A DNA stretch of 30,212 bases from a virus (Duplodnaviria > Caudoviricetes). Position numbers and translations under genes: made by a program. The notes under the pieces are model-generated. The model was not told where the DNA came from, ran no database searches, and worked only from the letters and a program-made list of their open reading frames with translations. The stretch covers positions 1 through 30,212 of the IMG/VR virus record IMGVR_UViG_3300020120_000075. One strand, 5' to 3'. Positions 23,198-30,212 of this stretch are shown here, one piece after another (within the stretch, counting starts at the first letter, position 1; every line of letters begins with the position of its first letter).

Positions 23198-24231
23198 CCC
23201 AAGCGATTGAACGCGCTGATCTACCAGCGCTCAGCGTCAAGCGGCAGGCGTCGAACCTCGCCCAGGTGACCGGCTTCAACGACCGTGTCATCCAGCTGAT
23301 CCGCCAGACGATCTGTCCTGGCGCCACAGCGCTGGAGCTGGCGACGTTCCTGTACAACGCGCGCCGCCTCGGGCTGGACCCGATGACGCGGCAGATCTAC
23401 TTCATCCAGTACGACCGCAACTCGCCCGGCGAGATCGTGGTCGGCATCAACGGCTACCGTGCCCAGGCCGAGGAGAGCGGCTGCTACGCCGGCTCCGACG
23501 AGGCGGTCTACGAATACGAGGACGTCGGCCAGCCGAAGGGCGCGCCGTCGAAGGCTACGGTCACGGTGTGGAAGATCGTCGCCGGGCAGCGTGTGCCGTT
23601 CACCGGCTCGGCGCGCTGGACGGAGTTTTACCCAGGCGAAGGCAAAAAGGGCGAGCAGTACCGCAAGCGGCCGCACAACCAGCTCGCCATCCGCGCCGAG
23701 TCGCACGCTCTGAGAAAAGGCTTTCCGCAGCAGACGGACCGCCTGCAGGTCCAGCCGGCGCCTGGCGCGTGGGAGGAGGCCGCCGCCGCGGACGAGCGCG
23801 TGCGCGACGACCCGGCGAAGATCGCGCGCGACGCGCGGACCTACGACCAGGTGTACGCCGCGGAGGACGACGTCGTCATTGCTGGCGATCGCGTCGTCGA
23901 TCGACAGACCGGCGAGGTGCTCTCGCGAAGCGCCGAGCCTGGATTAAATAGCGCTCAGGACCTCACCACGCCTGAGCCGTCGGGTGCGGCGGCGGACCCC
24001 GCATCTCCGTCGCCGGCACCACCCGACCAGCTGGTCGACAAGTACCGCCGCAATCGGGAGCTCGTCCGGCGTGCGCGCGAGCTGCACCTCGACGGCTTCG
24101 AGCCGCTGGCGCTCGGCAAGGCGGACGACGTCGTCGAGGCGGCCAACCTGGAGCTCGAGGACAGAATTGCGCGCTTCGAGTTCGAGAACGGCGAGGTCGA
24201 GCGCCAGCGGGCGAGCGAAGGGCTGCAGTGA
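23194..24231 (+). CDS. bet: Bet/RecT-family single-strand annealing protein
   Basis: ATG 23194 after AGGAGG; 'ELATFL...LGLDPMTRQIYFI...VGINGYR..A...G.YAG...AESHALRKGFP'. Confidence 0.85.
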   Translation: MTQAIERADLPALSVKRQASNLAQVTGFNDRVIQLIRQTICPGATALELATFLYNARRLGLDPMTRQIYFIQYDRNSPGEIVVGINGYRAQAEESGCYAGSDEAVYEYEDVGQPKGAPSKATVTVWKIVAGQRVPFTGSARWTEFYPGEGKKGEQYRKRPHNQLAIRAESHALRKGFPQQTDRLQVQPAPGAWEEAAAADERVRDDPAKIARDARTYDQVYAAEDDVVIAGDRVVDRQTGEVLSRSAEPGLNSAQDLTTPEPSGAAADPASPSPAPPDQLVDKYRRNRELVRRARELHLDGFEPLALGKADDVVEAANLELEDRIARFEFENGEVERQRASEGLQ

Positions 24232-24437
24232 CCACCAGCGAGGATCAGGTTGAACGTCTTCGGCACGACCTGTCCTGGCACTACGACGAGGTGGAGTATC
24301 TGCGGCGCGCGATGCGGCGGGCGCTCAACGCGATGCTGCGTCCGCAGTCGCTGGAGTGGCCCGGCGACGAATCGCCCATGATGGAGGCTTCGCCCATCTT
24401 GTCTGAGGCGCTGAGCCCTGCGCGGAGGCATCCATGA
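24228..24437 (+). CDS. Hypothetical protein
   Basis: 69 aa; coupled start. Confidence 0.55.
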   Translation: MTTSEDQVERLRHDLSWHYDEVEYLRRAMRRALNAMLRPQSLEWPGDESPMMEASPILSEALSPARRHP

Positions 24438-24703
24438 CCACGAGCGTGGAGCGGCGGCCGGGCGAGACCGAGCGGGAGTATGCCTGGCGGGCGTATCCCG
24501 ACGATGCGCGCGAGGTCCTCGAGGGCAAGGACGCGCCGTCGAGCCACTGTCGCCAGCCGATGTGCCACGCGCCGATCTGGTGGGGCCTCACCCGGGCGAA
24601 CGGCCGGCGTTGCCCGTTCGACATTCAGCCCGACGGCACCAGGACCGGCACCAGCCACTGGCGTACGTGTCGCGATAGACCTGGCCGGGGCCGCTCGCGA
24701 TGA
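24434..24703 (+). CDS. Small metal-binding phage protein
   Basis: GGAGG RBS; 'CRQPMCHAPIWW.LT...GRRCPFD...SHWRTC'. Confidence 0.65.
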   Translation: MTTSVERRPGETEREYAWRAYPDDAREVLEGKDAPSSHCRQPMCHAPIWWGLTRANGRRCPFDIQPDGTRTGTSHWRTCRDRPGRGRSR

Positions 24704-24918
24704 GCATTGCCGTCGATCATCTGCGCGAGCGGATCGAGCACCATCCCGCGGGTGCACGACTGCAGCGCTGGGAGGTCCAGCGTATCGCCGAAGCGTTCGA
24801 GAGACGGGGAGATTTGTCGACCCGTGATACGCCGCGACGCATGGACCTGGACGCCTATCTGAATGGCTGGTGCGACGCACTCCGCCAGCATCACTACGCA
24901 GGCTGGAAAGACGTGTGA
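24700..24918 (+). CDS. Hypothetical protein
   Basis: 72 aa; coupled start and stop. Confidence 0.55.
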   Translation: MSIAVDHLRERIEHHPAGARLQRWEVQRIAEAFERRGDLSTRDTPRRMDLDAYLNGWCDALRQHHYAGWKDV

Positions 24919-26126
24919 TCGAACTCGTCTCGCCGGCCGAGATGAGAGTGCGCGAACTGACCGCGGAGTTCGCAGACAGTTGGCGGCGCACCATCGCGCT
25001 CGCCGTCGAATTAGGACAGGCCTTACTCGCTCTGAAACGCGAACTCGGGCATGGTCGGTGGCTGCCGTGGATTCAAGATCCTAGCCATTTCCCGATGGGC
25101 GAGCGTATGGCGCAACACTTCATGGCGCTAGGGACAAATGCGAAAGAAATTTCGTATTTGCCAGCTGAGACCACTCTGAGCGCGGCGATCCTATGGCTAC
25201 AGTCGCAGCGACGAGCGCAGCGGAGCCTGCGCAATGGTTTGGTGCAGGAGGGCCTGCCGCGGCCGATTCCGCCGACGGTCCAGATTGAGCTCGGCGACGC
25301 CAGACGGTTGCCGCTGGACGACGGCTCAGTCCATCTCGTTGTGACCTCGCCGCCGTACAACGCCCGCCTCATGTATGACGGGTACGAGGACTGGCTGCCC
25401 TGGGAGGACTACTGGGATGGCCTGATCGTCCCGGCGCTGCGCGAGGCGTACCGCGTGCTCGTACCGGGTGGGCGCCTTTGTCTCAACATGGCCAACGTCG
25501 TGCGCCAGGATGTCGAGGGCGAAGCGCGTCCCGGTATCTATGAGGCGTGGCGGACGAATGGCACGCGCAAATGGAGGCCGCCAGGCTCGAATGGCCGTCC
25601 GTGGGCGGCATTCATCGACGCCTATCTGCTGCCTGCGCTGGAGGATGTGGGCTTCATGCTGCGCGAACGCATCACTTGGGTAAAGGGTGAGAGTCCGGAG
25701 CAGGTCACGTCGCAGTCGACGGCATGGGGCACCTGGTGCTCGGCGGAAAACCCGGTGCTGCGCGCGGTCGCCGAGCCCGTGTACGTCGCATCGAAGACGA
25801 CCTGGGCGCGCGAGCCGGCTGACAGCGACTTGGAGCCGGAGGAGTTCAAAGCGTGGACGCGAAACGCATGGTTCATTCCGGCAGTGCTGGAGTCGGACGC
25901 TTGGGGCAATCCCGCGGCCTTCCCGGTTGAGCTGCCGCGCCGGCTGATCAAGCTGTACAGCTACCCGGGCGACCTGGTGGCGGACCCGTTCATGGGCGGT
26001 GGCACGACGCTGGTCGCCGCAGCGAGGTTGGGGCGCTGGGCGTACGGCTGCGATGTCAGCGAGCGCTATGTCGCGGTGGCTCGCGCGCGTGTGGGAGCGG
26101 AGATCAATTCAGAAATGGAGCGATAG
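24915..26126 (+). CDS. Beta-class N4/N6 DNA methyltransferase with N-terminal DUF3102-like domain
   Basis: 'VVTSPPY' precedes 'DPFMGGGTT'; N-terminal 'ELGQALLALKRELGHGRWLPWI....ERMAQHFM' domain. Confidence 0.88.
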   Translation: MIELVSPAEMRVRELTAEFADSWRRTIALAVELGQALLALKRELGHGRWLPWIQDPSHFPMGERMAQHFMALGTNAKEISYLPAETTLSAAILWLQSQRRAQRSLRNGLVQEGLPRPIPPTVQIELGDARRLPLDDGSVHLVVTSPPYNARLMYDGYEDWLPWEDYWDGLIVPALREAYRVLVPGGRLCLNMANVVRQDVEGEARPGIYEAWRTNGTRKWRPPGSNGRPWAAFIDAYLLPALEDVGFMLRERITWVKGESPEQVTSQSTAWGTWCSAENPVLRAVAEPVYVASKTTWAREPADSDLEPEEFKAWTRNAWFIPAVLESDAWGNPAAFPVELPRRLIKLYSYPGDLVADPFMGGGTTLVAAARLGRWAYGCDVSERYVAVARARVGAEINSEMER

Positions 26127-26128
26127 CG

Positions 26129-26341
26129 ATGCAATTTCGTGCACGACTGGCGCAGGTGGTGGGCGCCGCGCCGAAGGATCCGGAGAAGCCACTGGCGATC
26201 ACGGTGAAGCTCGAGCCGATGCTGCTCGAGGATCCGGAATGGGTGTTCGATCGTCTGGGACGCTACCTCATGGTGGAACTCAAGGATGCGCCCGTGCCGC
26301 GCACGCCGATTGAGGACGAGATCGCGAAGTCACTGGGATAG
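26129..26341 (+). CDS. Hypothetical protein
   Basis: 70 aa; GGAG RBS. Confidence 0.6.
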   Translation: MQFRARLAQVVGAAPKDPEKPLAITVKLEPMLLEDPEWVFDRLGRYLMVELKDAPVPRTPIEDEIAKSLG

Positions 26342-26355
26342 GAGGAGCGATAGCG

Positions 26356-26724
26356 GTGGCGGTGCTGGACACGCACTGGCATGCCAATCCGAAGATTCTG
26401 GCGCTCGGGCTGGATGCGATGGGACTCCACGCGTGGAGCATCAGCTACTGCGATGACCTCCTGACAGACGGCTTCGTCCCCCAGGGCGCGCTGCCGCTGC
26501 TGCCGCGGATCAAGCAGGCGGTAAAAGCGTTAGTGGCAGCCGGTCGTTGGGAAGCCGTCGAGGGTGGCTACCAGCTCCACGACTACCTCCGCCACAACCG
26601 CAGCCGAGCGGAGGTCGCCGCGTATGTGGCGCACAAGGTGGCCGCCGGTCAAGCAGGTGGTCAAGCATCTGCTCAAGCACGTGCTAGAGCACCTGCTCGA
26701 CGAAATGGCAAGCACGATGTCTAG
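26356..26724 (+). CDS. Replication initiator N-terminal domain (lambda O/RepA-like)
   Basis: 'NPKILALG..AMGL...ISYC...LTDGFVP...LVAAGRWE..GGYQLHDYL.HN' followed by iterons; AGGAGG RBS. Confidence 0.7.
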   Translation: MAVLDTHWHANPKILALGLDAMGLHAWSISYCDDLLTDGFVPQGALPLLPRIKQAVKALVAAGRWEAVEGGYQLHDYLRHNRSRAEVAAYVAHKVAAGQAGGQASAQARARAPARRNGKHDV

Positions 26725-26776
26725 CACCTGCTCAAGCAACCGCTCAAGCAAACGGCAAGCAACCGCTCAAGCAAAA
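26647..26776 (+). repeat. Iteron array, probable replication origin
   Basis: About 11 tandem 11-12 bp units with consensus GCTCAAGCAnnn. Confidence 0.75.
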
Positions 26777-26975
26777 TCCAACACCCGGTCCCGGAGTACG
26801 TCGCTAGCTCTTACTTACTCCTCTACCGGCAGCAGCAGTAGCAGCCGGACCGGGAGCACGACCGGAGACCTGACGCCGGTGAGCCGCGCGCGCGAGAGTC
26901 GCTCGCTGAGTTCAGACGCGGGGCGACGCAGGGCTGCTGCTGCTGCTGCAATTTTGAATTTTTCGAGGAGTTACG

Positions 26976-27380
26976 ATGCCTGTTCGTGAGTCGCCACTGT
27001 CCGAGTCCGACGCGCGTCAGATGGCCTGGGACTTTCGAGAAAAGTTCAAAAATTCTGAGGCCTTCGAGTCGGCGTGGCACGCGCTCTTCGAGCTCAAAAC
27101 CAGCATCACGCCAGCCCTCGCACGCCGCTTCATGACCGAAGAACTGCTCAAGTACCGCGCTCACCTGGCAGGTCTCGACGAACCGCCACCGCCCGGCGGG
27201 CCACCACCCCAGCAACTCCGATCCGAGTCGTATCGCTGCCCGGGATGTGAGCGTGACCTGCCCGAGTGGTCACGCCATGGACATGCGGACGACTGTCGCA
27301 ATGCCAACTGTTACAGGCTCGAAGTTCGCTTCCGTGAGGCCAAGCGCCGCGAAGCCAACAAGGCCAGGGCCACGGCATGA
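26976..27380 (+). CDS. Hypothetical replication-region protein with Cys/His cluster
   Basis: GAGGAG RBS; 134 aa; 'CPGC...HGHADDC...C'. Confidence 0.6.
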   Translation: MPVRESPLSESDARQMAWDFREKFKNSEAFESAWHALFELKTSITPALARRFMTEELLKYRAHLAGLDEPPPPGGPPPQQLRSESYRCPGCERDLPEWSRHGHADDCRNANCYRLEVRFREAKRREANKARATA

Positions 27381-27883
27381 CAACCAGGTGGCTGCCAAAT
27401 GGAGACCCTGTGAACCTGCCAGACATCGATCGGGCTGATTGGATGCGGATGGCTGTTTGGCCCGACTCGGACGCGCATCCCGACATCGACGACTTGCGCT
27501 GCGACTCGCCGTTGGAGCAACGCTTCGCCTGGTTTGCCCACAAATACTTGCGTGAGCATGACTTGCGTTCACAGGTTCCCGTCGGACCCTATCGACTGGA
27601 TTTTGTCTTTGGTCCCGTCGCCTTCGAGTGCGATGGATTCCGCTTCCATTCATCGTCCCCGCAACAACAACGCGACGCTCGGCGAGACACGTTCATCCTG
27701 CAATCAGGCGCCGTCACGGCGCTCTATCGCATCCCGGGCCATGTCTTGCACGCTTGGCCAGAAGCATGCTTCGCGACATTCGCCGCGTGGAACCCTGAGA
27801 TCTTCAGCAGCCGCGGTCTGATCAATCTGGAGCGTTACGCGCAGGAGTCGCGCGACCTCGGCATTGTCCGAAAAACGGCGTGA
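27377..27883 (+). CDS. DUF559 / Vsr-like endonuclease
   Basis: 'DSPLEQRF...QVPVGPYRLDF...ECDGFRFH....RDARRD'. Confidence 0.8.
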   Translation: MTTRWLPNGDPVNLPDIDRADWMRMAVWPDSDAHPDIDDLRCDSPLEQRFAWFAHKYLREHDLRSQVPVGPYRLDFVFGPVAFECDGFRFHSSSPQQQRDARRDTFILQSGAVTALYRIPGHVLHAWPEACFATFAAWNPEIFSSRGLINLERYAQESRDLGIVRKTA

Positions 27884-27884
27884 C

Positions 27885-28229
27885 ATGCACTGCGTCTGCT
27901 GCGGCACACTCCTGGACGTCGACGTGATGCACCGCTACTGCTCGGTCCGCTGCGCCGAGGATCAACTGCGCGCCGTCGGTACGCTCCTGCACTCCACGCC
28001 ACGCCACGTGCTGTCGATCGAAGAGTGGCACGACCTCAGCGCCGACTACGCCACCGAGCTCGAGCTGCTCGGCCGTGTGGAGGGGCGGGGTGCCCAGTCT
28101 CAGGGGTCGTGCGGGCCGCGGGCTGGTCACCTCGTGACCCATACGCCAATGCCAGGTACCCGGGTGCCGCACTTCCGACAGTTCTGCGCGGCGTGCGGCG
28201 CCGACTGGCCCTGTGCTGGAGCCGCGTGA
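27885..28229 (+). CDS. Zinc-finger protein
   Basis: 'CVCCG...YCSVRC' and a C-terminal 'H.P....CAACGADWPC'. Confidence 0.6.
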   Translation: MHCVCCGTLLDVDVMHRYCSVRCAEDQLRAVGTLLHSTPRHVLSIEEWHDLSADYATELELLGRVEGRGAQSQGSCGPRAGHLVTHTPMPGTRVPHFRQFCAACGADWPCAGAA

Positions 28230-28233
28230 CCCC

Positions 28234-28611
28234 ATGCCGTCTGATCACCCCATACCGCCGCAAAAGTGCGGGCGGCGTACGCGCACCGGTGGCAAGTGCA
28301 CGCAGTGGGTGATGCACGGCCAGACCGTGTGCAAGATGCACGGCGGCAAGTCACCCCAGGCGCTCGCGTCCGCGGAGGAGCGCATGAAGGCGCTGGTGCA
28401 TCCGGCGCTCAGTCGCTTGCAGCAACTCATCAATCACGCGGACGCCGACGGCGTGTCGTTGAATGCCATCAAGTACGTGCTGGACTACGCCGGCTTCAAG
28501 GCCACCGAGAAGGTGACCACTGACGGCCGTCAGGTGATCGAAGTGGAGTACGTCGGCCGCGCGCCGGCGACGGTCTTCGACGTGCCGCACAACGGGATTG
28601 CGCTGGAGTGA
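28234..28611 (+). CDS. terS: Terminase small subunit (HGGxSTG-type zinc motif)
   Basis: 'CGRRTRTGGKC....G.TVCKMHGGKSPQ'; directly upstream of TerL. Confidence 0.7.
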   Translation: MPSDHPIPPQKCGRRTRTGGKCTQWVMHGQTVCKMHGGKSPQALASAEERMKALVHPALSRLQQLINHADADGVSLNAIKYVLDYAGFKATEKVTTDGRQVIEVEYVGRAPATVFDVPHNGIALE

Positions 28612-29856
28612 ATGCCACGCGTCAGACTGCTGGAGCCACACCCGGCGCAGCGTGAGATCCTCGCCCATGCAAAACGGTTCAATGTGGCATGTTTGGGGCG
28701 GCGCACCGGCAAGACCACGCTCGCGTTGAATGTCCTCGCCGAGGATGCCATTCACGCGCAACCGGTGGGCTACTTCGCTCCAACGTACAAATTGCTGGCC
28801 GAGTTCTGGCGCGAAGTGAAACACACGCTCAACGAAGTGATCCGCATCAAGAGCGAGCAGGACCACCGCCTCGAGTTGATCAGCGGCGGCACGCTCGAGT
28901 GCTGGTCGCTCGACGACGAGAACCCGGCCCGCGGACGCAAGTACGCCAAGATTGTCATCGACGAGGCGGCGATCGTGCGCAACCTGGTGGACATCTGGCA
29001 ACAGGCGCTGCGGCCGACGCTCGCCGACTTGCGCGGCGGCGCGTGGTTCCTGAGCACACCCCGCGGCCTGAATGCGTTCTATGACCTGTACCAGCTCGGC
29101 CAGGATCCACTGCGCGACCAGTGGGCGTCCTGGCGCATGCCGACCAGCGTCAACCCGTTCATCGACCGCGGCGAGATCGAGGCGGCGCGCGCCGAGCTGC
29201 CCGAACGGGTGTTTGCCCAGGAGTACCTGGCCGAGTTCCTGGTGTTCGAAGGCGGCGGCGTATTCCGCGGTGTGGATAGCGTGGCGTACCTGCAGCCGGA
29301 GCCGCCGCGCGAGGGGCACGTGTATGTCTTCGGCGTCGACTGGGGCCGCAGTAACGACTTCACGGTCATCAGCGTCCTGGACGCAAGCACCAACAGCCAG
29401 GTGGCTGTGGACCGCTTCACCCAATTGGACTGGGAGTTCCAGGCCGAACGCCTGCATCGTTGGGCAGACCTGTACCAGCCTCGAGCGATCGTGGCGGAGA
29501 CGAACGCGATGGGCAACCCGATCGTCGAGCGTCTGCAGCAGGGCTACTCGAGGATGATCGGCGACTCACGCCGCGCGCTACCGATGCAGCCCTGGCTGGC
29601 CACCAACGCCACCAAAGCCGCGGCCATCCAGGCCCTCAGCCTGGCCATCGAGAACGGCGACCTGGCGCTGCTCGACGACCAGGTGCAGACGTCCGAGTTG
29701 CTGGCCTACGAAGCGCAGCGGCTACCGAGCGGCATCCTGCGCTATGGCGCACCAGGCGGCGCACACGACGACACCGTCATCGCACTCGCATTGGCGTGGC
29801 TCGGCACGATACGTCCCGCGGTGAGTACGCGCTCGAGCTACGCCTTCTCGCGCTAG
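28612..29856 (+). CDS. terL: Terminase large subunit
   Basis: Walker A 'GRRTGKT', Walker B 'IVIDEAA', 'LSTPRG', nuclease 'GVDWG' and 'HDDTVIALALA'. Confidence 0.93.
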   Translation: MPRVRLLEPHPAQREILAHAKRFNVACLGRRTGKTTLALNVLAEDAIHAQPVGYFAPTYKLLAEFWREVKHTLNEVIRIKSEQDHRLELISGGTLECWSLDDENPARGRKYAKIVIDEAAIVRNLVDIWQQALRPTLADLRGGAWFLSTPRGLNAFYDLYQLGQDPLRDQWASWRMPTSVNPFIDRGEIEAARAELPERVFAQEYLAEFLVFEGGGVFRGVDSVAYLQPEPPREGHVYVFGVDWGRSNDFTVISVLDASTNSQVAVDRFTQLDWEFQAERLHRWADLYQPRAIVAETNAMGNPIVERLQQGYSRMIGDSRRALPMQPWLATNATKAAAIQALSLAIENGDLALLDDQVQTSELLAYEAQRLPSGILRYGAPGGAHDDTVIALALAWLGTIRPAVSTRSSYAFSR

Positions 29857-30098
29857 GTCTTGGGTGTGGTCTGCGCTGACGTGGACGTGGTCTGCTTGCT
29901 GGACGGCGCCGGCGCCGACGTGGGCGTGTCAGTCTTGGGCTGGACACCGGCGTTGCGCTGCAGGTTCTGGTTGCGCTCGTCCTCGAGCGTCTTCTGCTCG
30001 TCTTCAATCTCGTCAGGCGTCTTCGGCACGCCGGCCATGCGGGCCATCGTCTCTTCTGGCGTCTGGCGCCGCGGCTCTGGTTGTTGTGGTTGGCTCAT
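29853..30098 (-). CDS. Small low-complexity protein convergent with terL
   Basis: 81 aa, Q/E/T/P-rich; minus-strand TAGTGT 6 nt before the ATG suggests a leaderless transcript; stops overlap at 29853-29856. Confidence 0.55.
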   Translation of the reverse strand: MSQPQQPEPRRQTPEETMARMAGVPKTPDEIEDEQKTLEDERNQNLQRNAGVQPKTDTPTSAPAPSSKQTTSTSAQTTPKT

Positions 30099-30145
30099 GA
30101 GCCAACACTACCGCACGTGCAGTGCCACGACAGCAAGCCGGCTCA

Positions 30146-30177
30146 ATGTTTCACGACGATGTTTCACGGGCTACACT
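30146..30177 (+). promoter_or_regulatory. Probable late promoter with ATGTTTCACG direct repeat
   Basis: ATGTTTCACG at 30146-30155 and 30159-30168; TACACT at 30172-30177; GTG at 30187 opens a frame running off the window (portal expected by synteny). Confidence 0.45.
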
Positions 30178-30212
30178 GAGCGCGGCGTGGCCGACGATCC
30201 GCCGAGCGCGAC

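Noticed and set aside
26647-26776. CRISPR array or simple satellite
   Set aside because: Units are 11-12 bp with no unique spacers and no cas genes; the position inside an initiator gene fits iterons.
1-30212. tRNA, rRNA, reverse transcriptase/DGR, IS elements or DNA polymerase
   Set aside because: No such motifs or template/variable repeat pairs were recognised by eye; a covariance-model scan would be needed to exclude small RNAs.

Overview
High-GC temperate tailed-phage DNA with podovirus-like architecture: no tape measure or major tail tube is seen. Phage genes lie on both sides of the integrase, so the window is probably most of a circularly permuted genome. In order it contains: internal/ejection-type proteins, scaffold, HK97-fold major capsid, decoration and collagen fibre genes, adaptor, nozzle and fibre (1-12331); a lysis cassette (12328-13422); a leftward accessory operon (13614-15589); an immunity/integration region with two XRE HTH proteins, a large serine recombinase and an Arc/RHH-like protein (15671-19850); an early/replication operon with VRR-NUC, a standalone Rpf-type transglycosylase, Bet/RecT, a DUF3102-DNA methyltransferase, an initiator with iterons and a DUF559 nuclease (19847-28229); and TerS/TerL (28234-29856). 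Three features stand out. (1) The C39-like endolysin's catalytic Cys lies upstream of any in-frame start, implying a +1 frameshift at CCG-TTT-CGA. (2) A candidate SOS switch: a LexA-type box on the promoter of an orphan gene, plus three copies of a ~53-bp GGACA/TGTCC module upstream of that gene, the lytic operon and a gene convergent with the integrase. (3) A free-standing exported resuscitation-promoting-factor domain. All family calls come from motif recognition by eye, not database searches. The host is unresolved; Chloroflexota or Actinomycetota is an inference.
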